Source: Candidatus Bathyarchaeia archaeon
GTDB taxonomy: Archaea > Thermoproteota > Bathyarchaeia > Bathyarchaeales > Bathycorpusculaceae
Assembly (NCBI GenBank): GCA_049969855.1
Contig: JBMFOB010000003.1
Location: forward strand, 1 to 64,000
Length of the DNA: 64,000 nt
Direction of reading: 5' to 3'
Shown: positions 1 to 9,929 of the stretch, in pieces
How the letters are laid out: each line of letters begins with the position of its first letter
Numbering within the stretch: position 1 is the stretch's first letter
Translations under genes and position numbers: made by a program
The notes under the pieces: generated by a model
Told to the model about the DNA's origin: nothing
Database searches by the model: none
The model's input: the letters and a program-made list of their open reading frames with translations, nothing else

Positions 1-54
1 CTTAATCTTCTCCTCTTCTCCACTCTTAACCATGACACATTCAACCTCTACCAT
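1..54 (-). CDS. 5' end of a hypothetical protein running off the window (MVEVECVMVKSGEEEKIK...)
   Basis: ATG at 54 on the minus strand, frame open to position 1, AT-rich promoter-like sequence upstream. Confidence 0.4.
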   Translation of the reverse strand, partial: MVEVECVMVKSGEEEKIK

Positions 55-196
55 TTTCTGCTCTCTAATTATAGCTTAAACCCTTTAAAAGATTTAAACC
101 TATATTACGATTTAAGTCATATTTCTAATGGTATAAGCTACAACCCACACGCGTTTCCATAAAAATATAGGGAGAATTATTGGCTTAAATCACCAC

Positions 197-397
197 TTAT
201 TTTTGTTTTTCCGGAAATTTCTCTGAGGCTGGTTCCCCGCCAATCCCCCAATGCGATTTTGGAATTTCATGCACCAAAACTTCCACAGCCTGCCTTGGTA
301 TGCCCAAGTCTTCAAAGACCCTTGTTATGTTCCGTATCAAAGTCTTAGCTTTTTCCTCGCCAAAACCTTCCCAAACATTCACATGAACAACAGGCAT
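197..397 (-). CDS. 4-oxalocrotonate tautomerase family protein
   Basis: M-P start giving catalytic Pro1 (PVVHVNV), about 66 aa, C-terminal HWGIGG motif. Confidence 0.85.
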   Translation of the reverse strand: MPVVHVNVWEGFGEEKAKTLIRNITRVFEDLGIPRQAVEVLVHEIPKSHWGIGGEPASEKFPEKQK

Positions 398-510
398 ATG
401 CACATCTCCAAAAATAGAAACTGTAACAATTAAGTTAAGTTCTTTACTGTTTCATTTCTTAACTCTAACACAAAATTCTTTAATCATCCCTGCAACTTTC
501 TAATAACACC

Positions 511-1404
511 ATGCAAAACCAAAAAACAAACACAAAAATTTCTGTGAGAAAAGCCAAAAATTCTGACCGCGAAGCAGTCTTCAATTTCTGCAAGAAAACT
601 TGGAGTTGGGGCGATTACATACCTAATGTTTGGGATAAATGGCTTAAAGAGAAAAATGGCAGAGTATTCATCGCCACAATAAATAATGCGCCCGTTGGAA
701 TTTCCCATTTAAGCATAGACAAACCCCATGAAGTTTGGCTTAGCGGGGCAAGAACAGACCCAAAATATAGACGCATGGGAGTAGCCACAGCCATAACCAA
801 AAAATGTTTAGAATATGCCAAGAAAAAAGGCGCAAAAGTTGCGAGACTCGTTACAGAATCCGATAATGCAGCTGCTAGGACTTTGCTCCAAAAACTTGGG
901 TTCAAACAAATAGCAGAATTCGTTGAAATGACAACAGAAAAAATAGCGAAAGAAAAAAGCAAAAACTCAAAATGGATAGAAGAAAACGAAATTAAGACTG
1001 TATGGAATTATCTGCAAAATTCAGAAGGATACCGAAAAGCAGCAGGCTTATACACGGTTCTATTTCACTGGTTCTCTCTCGAAAAAAATGACCTCGAACA
1101 ATTCGTTAAACAAAGAAAAGCAATACTACACATGAACGAAGAAAACAAAATAGATGGCTTGACGCTCATAGAAGATGCAACAGCCCAAGAGTGGCACAAA
1201 AACACCATACAAACATGCTACATAGACGGCGATAGCAACGCTGTTCTCGACATGATAAAGTTTCTAAAAAACCACTGCTACAACATAGGCATCAAAAAGA
1301 TTTATGGATTCGCATGCAACCACAAACCCATAACAACCGCTTTAGAAAAGTTAGGTTTCAAATTGCCAGACACTACAGAAATAGTTTATGAGAAAAAAAT
1401 ATAA
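511..1404 (+). CDS. GNAT family N-acetyltransferase (tandem GNAT-like domains)
   Basis: Acetyl-CoA motif RTDPKYRRMGVAT; NAAARTLLQKLGF. Confidence 0.85.
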   Translation: MQNQKTNTKISVRKAKNSDREAVFNFCKKTWSWGDYIPNVWDKWLKEKNGRVFIATINNAPVGISHLSIDKPHEVWLSGARTDPKYRRMGVATAITKKCLEYAKKKGAKVARLVTESDNAAARTLLQKLGFKQIAEFVEMTTEKIAKEKSKNSKWIEENEIKTVWNYLQNSEGYRKAAGLYTVLFHWFSLEKNDLEQFVKQRKAILHMNEENKIDGLTLIEDATAQEWHKNTIQTCYIDGDSNAVLDMIKFLKNHCYNIGIKKIYGFACNHKPITTALEKLGFKLPDTTEIVYEKKI

Positions 1405-1455
1405 TATGCCTACCAAATATGACATGGTTCTACTTACAATTCCAGCAATAAACTA

Positions 1456-1469
1456 GTAAGGTTTAAATA
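1456..1469 (+). promoter_or_regulatory. BRE/TATA promoter of the rps13 operon
   Basis: GTAAGG-TTTAAATA about 50 nt upstream of rps13. Confidence 0.55.
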
Positions 1470-1517
1470 AAATATAGCTCATTTCGTAGTTAGCTTCAAC
1501 AAAATGGATGGCAATAA

Positions 1518-1985
1518 ATGTCAGGGGAATTCCGTCACATACTAAGAATAATTGACACAGATGTAGATGGCACCCTAAAAGCGCCCTACGCCCTAAGAAA
1601 AATAAAAGGAATAAGCCTAAACCTTGCAAACGCAATATTAAAAAAAGCTGGAATAAACCCTGACACAAGAACCGGATTTTTAACAGAAGCAGAAGTTGAA
1701 CGAATAGAAGAAATCATTAACGAACCAACAAAGTTTGGACTGCCAAGCTGGCTCCTAAACAGAAGAAAAGACTTGGAAACCGGAAAGGACATGCACCTCA
1801 TCAGCGCAGACCTCGTCCTAAGAAACAAAATGGACATTGAACAGATGAAAGAAGTCAAATCATGGCGGGGATATCGCCACGCTTATGGATTAAAAGTGCG
1901 TGGACAAAGAACAAGAACCACTGGAAGAAGTGGAAAAGCCTTAGGCGTTAAAAAGAAAGAAATTGTAAGAAAGGAAGGTAAATAG
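1518..1985 (+). CDS. rps13: 30S ribosomal protein uS13
   Basis: SWRGYRHAYGLKVRGQRTRTTGR motif; operon position. Confidence 0.97.
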   Translation: MSGEFRHILRIIDTDVDGTLKAPYALRKIKGISLNLANAILKKAGINPDTRTGFLTEAEVERIEEIINEPTKFGLPSWLLNRRKDLETGKDMHLISADLVLRNKMDIEQMKEVKSWRGYRHAYGLKVRGQRTRTTGRSGKALGVKKKEIVRKEGK

Positions 1986-1986
1986 C

Positions 1987-2541
1987 GTGGGAGACCCGAG
2001 AAAGCAAAGAAAAAAATACGCAACACCACGTTTCCCATGGCGAACAGACATCCTTCAAGAAGAACTCAAACTTTTAGGTCAATACGGCTTAAGAAACAAA
2101 CATGAACTATGGCGCCATGAAACAATGCTTTCAAAGTTTAGAGGAATAGCCCGCTCCCTCATTGGCAAAGCGCCAGAAGAACGCGGAAAAATGGAAGAAG
2201 AACTGCTAAAACGCCTCAAAAAACTCGGAGTCCTCCCTGAAACAGCAGTCCTAGACGACGTTTTAGACTTAACAATAGAAGACATCCTTGAACGCCGACT
2301 CCAAACAATAGTCTTCAGAAAAGGACTCGCCAAAACCATCCACCAAGCACGACAACTGATAACCCATGGACACATATCCATAGGAAAACAACGAGTCACC
2401 GTGCCAGGCTACATGGTAACAAGAGAAGAAGAAAACCAAATAGCCTACACAACTCAAAGCCCAGTTGCAAATCCAAATCATCCAATACGCCAAACAATAG
2501 CTGTCGCAGCCACCACTGAAACAAAATCAAAAGAGGAATAA
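1987..2541 (+). CDS. rps4: 30S ribosomal protein uS4
   Basis: [11 protein letters not shown] start; [30 protein letters not shown]. Confidence 0.97.
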   Translation: MGDPRKQRKKYATPRFPWRTDILQEELKLLGQYGLRNKHELWRHETMLSKFRGIARSLIGKAPEERGKMEEELLKRLKKLGVLPETAVLDDVLDLTIEDILERRLQTIVFRKGLAKTIHQARQLITHGHISIGKQRVTVPGYMVTREEENQIAYTTQSPVANPNHPIRQTIAVAATTETKSKEE

Positions 2542-2543
2542 AA

Positions 2544-2948
2544 ATGAGTGGTGCCGCCAAAAAAACTGATAGATGGGCCGTAGTCCACATATACAGCTCC
2601 TACAACAACACACTAGTCCACATAACAGACATTTCAGGCGCAGAAACAATAGCCAGAACATCAGGCGGAATGTTCGTAAAAGCAGACAGAATGGAATCTT
2701 CCCCATACGCAGCAATGCGAGCAGCATCCGCAGCAGCAGAAGTAGCCAAAGACAAAGGAATAACAGCCATACACATAAAAGTAAGAGCACCCGGAGGCTC
2801 TGGACCCAGAACGCCGGGACCTGGTGCACAAGCAGCCATAAGAGCCTTAGCAAGAGCAGGTTTTCGCATAGGAAGAATTGAGGAGGTTACACCTATCCCC
2901 CATGATGGTACCCGGAGACCAGGCGGAAGAAGGGGAAGAAGGGTCTAA
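2544..2948 (+). CDS. rps11: 30S ribosomal protein uS11
   Basis: HIYSSYNNT; [14 protein letters not shown]; [19 protein letters not shown]. Confidence 0.97.
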   Translation: MSGAAKKTDRWAVVHIYSSYNNTLVHITDISGAETIARTSGGMFVKADRMESSPYAAMRAASAAAEVAKDKGITAIHIKVRAPGGSGPRTPGPGAQAAIRALARAGFRIGRIEEVTPIPHDGTRRPGGRRGRRV

Positions 2949-3050
2949 CAAATTCCTGTTGTCCTTTTGCTGAGGGAAAAATTGAAATAATGCACTAGTA
3001 TTCTATTGAACGGCACGGCAGTTGTTATAGAATAATGGAGTGTCAAAATA

Positions 3051-3875
3051 GTGGAAGTAGAAGTGCTTGAAAAAGACGAGAAAAATTTGCGTTTAATCAT
3101 TAAAGGAGTTGACGTCCCATTTATTAACGCTTTAAGAAGGATAATAATTTCAGAAGTTCCATGCATGGCGATAGATGAAGTTGTAATGATTGAAAACTCG
3201 TCTATACTGCAAGACGAAATTATAGCGCATAGACTTGGACTTATCCCCCTAAAAACTGATTTAGACAGTTATAACCTACCAGAAGAATGCCCATGCAAAA
3301 GCGAGTTCGGATGCAACCTTTGCAGAGTTACACTTACACTTGATGTGGAAGCAAAAGAAGGAACAAGAACCGTCTATTCTGGCGAATTAAAATCGGAAAA
3401 CCCAGAAATAACGCCAGTAAGCGAAAAAATCCCAATCATAAAACTAGCAAAGGGACAAAAATTAAGACTTGAAGCTTATGCAAGACTTGGAAAGGGAAAG
3501 AACCATGCAAAATGGCAACCAGTCTCCATGTGCGCATACAAATATTTTCCAAAAATAGAAATTCTCAGCAAACAATGCGACGCCTGCGGAAAATGCGTGG
3601 AAATTTGCCCCAAAAAAGTTTTAGCAAAAACTGATGGTAAAATTGAAGTTCGTAACCTGACGGCTTGTACCCTCTGCCAGGACTGCGTTGAAACTTGCCC
3701 ACAAGATCCACCAGCAATAAAAGTGGACCGAGAAAAAGACACGTTTATATTCAGCCTTGAATCCACGAATGCGCTTCCACCAGAAAGAATATTGACAGAA
3801 GCCATCAAAATCTTGGATAAACAGTTCAACGAATTCGAAAACCAAATCAAGGTGGAAAAAAGTGAGGAAAGTTAA
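3051..3875 (+). CDS. rpoD: DNA-directed RNA polymerase subunit D (Rpo3) with 2x[4Fe-4S] ferredoxin-like insert
   Basis: NALRRIIISEVP; DEIIAHRLGLIP; HAKWQP; two CxxCxxCxxxCP motifs. Confidence 0.96.
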   Translation: MEVEVLEKDEKNLRLIIKGVDVPFINALRRIIISEVPCMAIDEVVMIENSSILQDEIIAHRLGLIPLKTDLDSYNLPEECPCKSEFGCNLCRVTLTLDVEAKEGTRTVYSGELKSENPEITPVSEKIPIIKLAKGQKLRLEAYARLGKGKNHAKWQPVSMCAYKYFPKIEILSKQCDACGKCVEICPKKVLAKTDGKIEVRNLTACTLCQDCVETCPQDPPAIKVDREKDTFIFSLESTNALPPERILTEAIKILDKQFNEFENQIKVEKSEES

Positions 3876-4224
3876 AGCAACAAATCCACAGCTTATAGAA
3901 CTCATCAACTTCCTAAAAAAGGAAAGCAGAGAAAACAAGGTTAACGTTTGGAAGGACATAGCTGAACGATTAGCTAAACCGAACAAAAGACGCATAGCTG
4001 TAAACCTCAGCAGGCTAAACAGACACACAAAAAGAAATGACGTTGTGGCTGTTCCTGGCAAAGTTTTGGGCGCTGGAGAAATAAACCATCCAATAACAGT
4101 GGCAGCCTTCGCCTTCTCTGCAAAAGCAAAGGAGAAGATAAAAGCTGCAAAGGGCAAATGCCTATCCTACTTTGACTTAATCAAAAAGAACCCGAAAGGC
4201 TCAAATGTCAAGATAATTGGGTGA
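3862..4224 (+). CDS. rpl18e: 50S ribosomal protein eL18
   Basis: VNLSRLNR; VPGKVLGAG; operon position. Confidence 0.95.
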   Translation: MRKVKATNPQLIELINFLKKESRENKVNVWKDIAERLAKPNKRRIAVNLSRLNRHTKRNDVVAVPGKVLGAGEINHPITVAAFAFSAKAKEKIKAAKGKCLSYFDLIKKNPKGSNVKIIG

Positions 4225-4228
4225 GAAA

Positions 4229-4663
4229 ATGGAAAAACAAGCAACCATAATAAATGCTGAAGGACTCATTCTTGGCAGAATGGCAAGCATAATTGCCAAA
4301 AAACTGCTGAACGGCGAAGAAGTAATAATCATAAACGCTGAGAAGGCTGTGCTTTCAGGAAAAAGAAAGAGCAAAATAAGAGAAGCAAAAGAATTCTTAG
4401 AAGTAGGATACCCAAGAAGAGGTCCGTTCCATTATAGGAGACCTGACAGAATAGTGAGAAGAACCATTAGAGGAATGCTCCCATATAAACAACCAAAGGG
4501 CAAACAAGCATACAAAAGACTTAAAGTTTTTATTGGAACACCAGAAAACCTCAAAGAACAAAAAACCGAAACACTATCAGAAGCGCAAGCTCAAAAGCTC
4601 AAATGCCCATACTTTACAATTGAAGAATTTGCAAAAGAAATAGGATGGAACATAGAGGAATAG
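4229..4663 (+). CDS. rpl13: 50S ribosomal protein uL13
   Basis: ILGRMASIIAK; RRTIRGMLPYK. Confidence 0.96.
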   Translation: MEKQATIINAEGLILGRMASIIAKKLLNGEEVIIINAEKAVLSGKRKSKIREAKEFLEVGYPRRGPFHYRRPDRIVRRTIRGMLPYKQPKGKQAYKRLKVFIGTPENLKEQKTETLSEAQAQKLKCPYFTIEEFAKEIGWNIEE

Positions 4664-4666
4664 TTT

Positions 4667-5077
4667 ATGCCAGCAAAAAAGGTTTTAGTTGTTAGTGGAA
4701 AAAGGAAAACAGCCACCGCAAGGGCTGTTGTCAAGCCTGGAATGGGAAGGATACGCATAAACAAAACTCCAATAGAAATTTTCGAGCCTGAAATTGCCAG
4801 AGAAAAAATCATGGAACCCCTCATACAGGCTGGCGACGAAATTTGGAAACAATTAGACATAGACATAAAAGTTTCAGGAGGAGGCTACATGGGACAAGCA
4901 GAAGCCGCAAGAATGGCAATAGCAAACGCCTTATTAAAGTGGACAAAAAGCGCTCATTTACGCACCATCTTCACAGAATATGACAGAACAATGGTTGTAG
5001 GAGACCCAAGAAGGAAAGAGCCCAAAAAGTTCGGCGGACCAGGAGCAAGAGCGAGGGATCAGAAAAGCTATAGATAA
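4667..5077 (+). CDS. rps9: 30S ribosomal protein uS9
   Basis: [10 protein letters not shown]; [19 protein letters not shown]. Confidence 0.97.
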   Translation: MPAKKVLVVSGKRKTATARAVVKPGMGRIRINKTPIEIFEPEIAREKIMEPLIQAGDEIWKQLDIDIKVSGGGYMGQAEAARMAIANALLKWTKSAHLRTIFTEYDRTMVVGDPRRKEPKKFGGPGARARDQKSYR

Positions 5078-5093
5078 ATGGAGGCTGAATTGG

Positions 5094-5324
5094 ATGATTA
5101 TACCTGTTAGATGTTTTACGTGCGGCAAATTGATTGGGGATGTGTGGGAAGAGTTTGCTAGGAGAGTTAAAACTGGAGAAAATCCTGGCGAAGTTTTAGA
5201 CAGTTTAGGAATTAAGAGATACTGTTGTAGGCGGATGTTGCTTTCGCATGTGGATATTATAGATGAAGTTTTACGCTTTTATGAAGAGGCTGAAAAACGA
5301 AAAGAGGCTAAAACCTACTATTAA
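5094..5324 (+). CDS. rpoN: DNA-directed RNA polymerase subunit N (Rpo10)
   Basis: [12 protein letters not shown]...[11 protein letters not shown]. Confidence 0.97.
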   Translation: MIIPVRCFTCGKLIGDVWEEFARRVKTGENPGEVLDSLGIKRYCCRRMLLSHVDIIDEVLRFYEEAEKRKEAKTYY

Positions 5325-5338
5325 AAAGAGGAAAATGA

Positions 5339-6601
5339 ATGTCCACAGTTATTGAGGATATAATTGCAAGAAAGGTTTTCAACACTCGTGGAGAGGAAAC
5401 AATAGAAGTTGATGTTATAACAACTTCTGGTTTTGGAAGAGCCTCAGCCCCTGCTGGGGAAAGCCGTGGAAAAGCCGAAGTGATTTATTATCCACAGGGT
5501 GGAGTGGACCAAGCTTTAAAGAAGGTTGAAGAGGTTATTGCTCCAGAAATTGTTGGTTTGAATGCTGATTTTCAAGAGGAAATAGACAGGACACTGCATG
5601 AAATTGACGGTTCGAAAGATTTTAGAGTAATAGGCGGAAACACAGCCTTCGCCATTTCTTTGGCTAATGCTGAAGCCGCTGCAAACTCTTATGGCATTTT
5701 TCTCTTCCAATATTTAGGGGGACAAGTCGCTAACGAGTTGCCCTATCCCCTTGGAAACACCATAAGCGGCGGAAAACACACGCATGGAAAATCTCCAGAA
5801 ATTCAAGAGTTTTTGGCGCTTCCCTACGGAGCCGAATCCTTCAGTGAAGCTGCGAATGCCAACGCAAGAATCCACAGAAAAGTCGGCGAAATTCTCAAAA
5901 AGAAAGATAAATTTTTTGGTGGCGGAAGAAGCGATGAAGGAGCATGGGTTGCCCATATTGACAATTTAGACGCACTTGAAGTTTTAGCTAAAGCCTGCGA
6001 AGAAACCAACAATGAATTGGATTTTGAATGCGGTTTTGGAGTTGATGTTGCAGCATCCTCCATTTGGGATGAAAAAGAAAAGGCTTACGTATACGCCAGA
6101 GAGGGAAAGAAACGGGACTCGGGCGAACAATTAGATTTCATTTCAGAAATCATCAAAAAATATCACTTAGCCTACGTAGAAGACCCCTTCCATGAAAAAG
6201 ACTTTGAAAGCTTTGCAGAGTTAACCAGAAAAATCAGAAACTGCATGATTTGCGGAGATGACCTTTTTGTCACAAACAGTGAAAGATTAAGCCGTGGAAT
6301 AAAGATGCAGGCTGGAAATGCTGTTATAATTAAGGTAAATCAGGTTGGCACCCTCACAGATGCTTTGGAGACTGTTGAAATGGCGAAAAGAAATGGATAC
6401 ACGCCCATAATGTCGCATCGTTCAGGAGATACATGCGATTGGCACATAGCCCATTTGGCTGTGGCTTTTAGATGCCCAATAATAAAGACTGGTGTTGTTG
6501 AAGGAACACGCATAGCAAAGATAAATGAGTTAATAAGGATAGAGGAGTTTTTAGGAGATAGGGCTAAAATGGCAAGCATCCCAACTATTAAAGGAGGATA
6601 A
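5339..6601 (+). CDS. eno: Enolase
   Basis: GDDLFVTN, IIKVNQVGT, SHRSG, IKTG motifs. Confidence 0.95.
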   Translation: MSTVIEDIIARKVFNTRGEETIEVDVITTSGFGRASAPAGESRGKAEVIYYPQGGVDQALKKVEEVIAPEIVGLNADFQEEIDRTLHEIDGSKDFRVIGGNTAFAISLANAEAAANSYGIFLFQYLGGQVANELPYPLGNTISGGKHTHGKSPEIQEFLALPYGAESFSEAANANARIHRKVGEILKKKDKFFGGGRSDEGAWVAHIDNLDALEVLAKACEETNNELDFECGFGVDVAASSIWDEKEKAYVYAREGKKRDSGEQLDFISEIIKKYHLAYVEDPFHEKDFESFAELTRKIRNCMICGDDLFVTNSERLSRGIKMQAGNAVIIKVNQVGTLTDALETVEMAKRNGYTPIMSHRSGDTCDWHIAHLAVAFRCPIIKTGVVEGTRIAKINELIRIEEFLGDRAKMASIPTIKGG

Positions 6602-6604
6602 AAG

Positions 6605-7291
6605 TTGTCAGAAGACGAAGAAATTAAGGAAGGAAAAGAGGAAAAAATTGAAGAGGAAGCCGCAGAAATAACCGCAGAAGAGCTTTTGTTGCCAAGAGAC
6701 ACATTGTTATCTGCGGGAATACATATTGGAACAAGAATGAAAACAGGAGACATGGAACAATTCATATACCGCGTTAGACCAGACGGCTTATTCGTCTTAG
6801 ACGTTAAAAAAACGGATGACCGCATAAGAATTGCCGCCAAATTTTTGGCAAGATTTGAACCAGCAAAAATTGCGGCAGCGGCAGCCCGCCTTTACGCCCA
6901 AGAACCAGTCAGCAAATTCTGCCAAGTGACAGGAGCAACTCCGATTGTTGGACGTTTCATTCCGGGGCTTTTATCAAATCCGTTATATCCAAACCGTATT
7001 GAACCAGAGGTGCTAATCGTTTCCGACCCAAGGGCGGATTCCCAAGCTGTTAAAGAGGCAGCCTCAGAAGGAATTCCAGTAATCGCTTTATGCAGTACAG
7101 ACAACGAGTTTTCAGGAGTAGACTTGGTTATACCAACAAACAATAAGGGAAGAAGAGCCCTAGCCGTCATTTACTGGCTTTTGGCAAGACAGATATTACG
7201 GGAGAGAGGCGAATTACCGCCTGACAAGGATTTACCTTTAACTATTGAAGATTTTGAGGCGAAGATTTCAAAGGAAGAGGAGGAAACCTAA
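6605..7291 (+). CDS. rps2: 30S ribosomal protein uS2
   Basis: AGIHIGT; GRFIPG; [12 protein letters not shown]. Confidence 0.96.
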   Translation: MSEDEEIKEGKEEKIEEEAAEITAEELLLPRDTLLSAGIHIGTRMKTGDMEQFIYRVRPDGLFVLDVKKTDDRIRIAAKFLARFEPAKIAAAAARLYAQEPVSKFCQVTGATPIVGRFIPGLLSNPLYPNRIEPEVLIVSDPRADSQAVKEAASEGIPVIALCSTDNEFSGVDLVIPTNNKGRRALAVIYWLLARQILRERGELPPDKDLPLTIEDFEAKISKEEEET

Positions 7292-7295
7292 AAGA

Positions 7296-8147
7296 ATGGT
7301 GAAGGTTCGGCGTCCATGTCAAGCCGGAGCCTTCTATGAAGGGACAGCCGAATCATTAAAGAAACAAATAGAAAACTGCTTTCTTCACGAACTTGGACCT
7401 GGAAAAATTCCAGAAGTTGCCAAGGCTGGACCGAGAAACATAATAGGTTTGGTTTGTCCCCATGCGGGTTACATGTTTTCTGGTCCGGTGGCTGCTCACG
7501 CTTATTATCAGTTGGCTTTAGATGGTAAGCCAGATGTTGCAGTTGCTTTTGGTCCAAACCATACTGGTTATGGCAGCGCCTTGGCAGTTATGGATGAAGG
7601 AGTTTGGCGCACACCATTAGGCGATGTAGAAGTGGACGGTGAAACCGCCCATCAAATAGTGCGTGAATCCCGTATAGTTGATGTTGACGAATCTGCTCAC
7701 CGTTTAGAACATTCCATTGAAGTGCAGCTTCCATTTTTACAGTACCTTTACGGTTCACAATTTAAAATTGTTCCAATATGTTTCTTGATGCAAGATTTGT
7801 CATCAGCAAGAGATGTTGGAAAAGCCGTAGCAAAGGTTTTGGCTGGAAAAAACGCAGTTATTATAGCCTCTTCTGACATGACCCATTATGAACCACAAGA
7901 AAGGGCAGCTAAAAATGACAGGTTGGTGCTTGAAGCTGTTGAAGCCATGGATGAAGCCAAGGTTTACTCTGTTATTGAGTCTCATCGTGTTAGTGCTTGT
8001 GGATACGGTCCAATAGCAGCGTTGATTACTGCCGCTAAAATTTTGGGTGCAAAAGAGGCAAAATTATTATGCTATAAGACAAGTGGAGATATAATTGGCG
8101 ACTACTCAAGTGTGGTTGGGTATGCTGCCGTCTGCTTCACAAAATAG
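7296..8147 (+). CDS. MEMO1 family protein (AmmeMemoRadiSam protein B)
   Basis: AGAFY, PHAGY.FSG, EHSIEVQLPFLQ, ASSDMTHY, SVVGY. Confidence 0.92.
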   Translation: MVKVRRPCQAGAFYEGTAESLKKQIENCFLHELGPGKIPEVAKAGPRNIIGLVCPHAGYMFSGPVAAHAYYQLALDGKPDVAVAFGPNHTGYGSALAVMDEGVWRTPLGDVEVDGETAHQIVRESRIVDVDESAHRLEHSIEVQLPFLQYLYGSQFKIVPICFLMQDLSSARDVGKAVAKVLAGKNAVIIASSDMTHYEPQERAAKNDRLVLEAVEAMDEAKVYSVIESHRVSACGYGPIAALITAAKILGAKEAKLLCYKTSGDIIGDYSSVVGYAAVCFTK

Positions 8148-8156
8148 TGGTGAATA

Positions 8157-9140
8157 ATGGAGGTTGTTGCCTCAGCTCCAGCCAAAGTTATACTTTTTGG
8201 AGAACACTTCGTCGTCTACGGCGAACCAGCCATGGTTATAGCCATAGACAAAAGAACATATGCAAAAGCAGAAAACCGCAACGACAAACGCCTTTACATA
8301 CATTCATTAAACCTAAACCTCTCAGCATACTTTGAGGGAGAAAATTTCAAAATTGAAAAAGGCGAACCCAAAGAGGCAAAGTTAAAGTTTGAACCAGTTA
8401 GGCTGGCAGTTGAAAAAGTTTTGGAAAAACATGGTGAAAATGTCGGATTAAACATTGAAATCAACTCAACAGTTCCCGTTGCTGCTGGCTTAGGGTCTTC
8501 AGCAGCCGTAGTAGCCGCAGTAACCACAGCAGTCAGCACACTATTAAACGTAAGCATCTCGAAGGAAGAGGTTTTTCGAATAACCTACGAAGCAGAAAAA
8601 ATTGTACACGGCACACCATCGGGAATAGACCCAGCAATCGCAACTTTCGGCGGATCCCTATTGTTTCAGATGGACACTGGATTTAAACCATTAGAAGTTA
8701 AAATGGACATTCCTCTTGTCATTGGAGATACGGGCATAGAAAGGTCTACACGAGTCCAAGTTGACAAGGTAAGGGAGTTAAAAGAAAAGTATCCACAAAT
8801 AATGGAACCGCTCACATGGGCAGCCCGCCAAATCGTAATGAAAGCCCTAGAAGCCTTTAAGGAGAAAGATTTGGAAACCATAGGAGAGCTGATGAACATA
8901 AACCATGCATTGCTTTATGGAATAGGAGTGTCAGATGAGTCTTTAGAGTGGCTTATAAACGCGGCACGAAAAGCCGGAGCCTTAGGTGCAAAATTAACTG
9001 GGGCAGGAGGCGGCGGGTGCATGATAGCCCTAGCAAGAAATGAAAAACTTGAAGAGGTTTCGGAAGCCATCCAAAGGGCTGGTGGAAGACCTTTCATTGC
9101 TAGAAAAACGGATGAGGGAGCAAGAGTTGAGCGAGCTTGA
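8157..9140 (+). CDS. mvk: Mevalonate kinase
   Basis: PAKVILFGEHFVVYG; PVAAGLGSSAA; HGTPSGID; KLTGAGGGG. Confidence 0.95.
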   Translation: MEVVASAPAKVILFGEHFVVYGEPAMVIAIDKRTYAKAENRNDKRLYIHSLNLNLSAYFEGENFKIEKGEPKEAKLKFEPVRLAVEKVLEKHGENVGLNIEINSTVPVAAGLGSSAAVVAAVTTAVSTLLNVSISKEEVFRITYEAEKIVHGTPSGIDPAIATFGGSLLFQMDTGFKPLEVKMDIPLVIGDTGIERSTRVQVDKVRELKEKYPQIMEPLTWAARQIVMKALEAFKEKDLETIGELMNINHALLYGIGVSDESLEWLINAARKAGALGAKLTGAGGGGCMIALARNEKLEEVSEAIQRAGGRPFIARKTDEGARVERA

Positions 9141-9927
9141 ACCTACCATATTAAAGATTGGCGGTTCCGTAATCACAGACAAAAGTGGAGAACTTGCAGC
9201 GCGGATGCAAGACATAAGCCGTTTAGCAGAGGAAATACGCGCCGCAAATGTTAAAAACTTAATAATTGTTCACGGAGGCGGAAGCTTCGGGCACCCCATC
9301 GCCCAAAAATACGGCATAAGCGCTGGATTTAAACAAGAAAATCAGAAAATAGGATTCGCAGAAACCCACCACATCATGACAGTTCTCAACGGCTTATTCA
9401 TGGACGCACTGATTTGGCGCGAAGTTCCAGCCGTAAGCATCACGCCTTCCTCATGCATAATGACGAAACGGGGCAGAATACAATGCTTTGAAGAGGCACC
9501 ATTAAGGATACTGTTAAAAATGGGATTTTTGCCAGTCACTTTCGGCGACGCCGTTTTAGACATGGAGTGGGGATTCACAATCTTATCCGGAGACCAGCTT
9601 GTTTCCCATATTGCCACAAGGTTTAACGCAAAACAAATCATAATAGGCGTTGACGTTGACGGATTATACGACGCTGACCCAAAAGTTAAGAATACAGCGA
9701 AAAGGTTTACACATTTAACATTAGAGGAGTTGAAAAAGCTTCAAGGAAGCCTTGGCAAGCCAACAGCATGCGATGTTACGGGCGGAATGTTTGGCAAAAT
9801 AGCTGAACTTATACCAGCCATAGAAAAAGGAATCCCAGTAAAAATCGTGAATGCTGCGAAGCCAAATTATATTTACAAAGCATTAAAAGGAGAAAAAGTG
9901 GAAGGCACCATAATAGAGAAGGAATAA
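9127..9927 (+). CDS. ipk: Isopentenyl phosphate kinase
   Basis: LKIGGSVITDK; VHGGGSFGH; DVTGGM; lies between mvk and fni. Confidence 0.93.
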   Translation: MSELEPTILKIGGSVITDKSGELAARMQDISRLAEEIRAANVKNLIIVHGGGSFGHPIAQKYGISAGFKQENQKIGFAETHHIMTVLNGLFMDALIWREVPAVSITPSSCIMTKRGRIQCFEEAPLRILLKMGFLPVTFGDAVLDMEWGFTILSGDQLVSHIATRFNAKQIIIGVDVDGLYDADPKVKNTAKRFTHLTLEELKKLQGSLGKPTACDVTGGMFGKIAELIPAIEKGIPVKIVNAAKPNYIYKALKGEKVEGTIIEKE

Positions 9928-9929
9928 AT

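Noticed and set aside
5339-6601. Divergent enolase motifs (PAGESRG, SDEGAW, SHRSGDT) as a possible pseudoenzyme
   Set aside because: Catalytic and Mg-binding residues all appear to be retained
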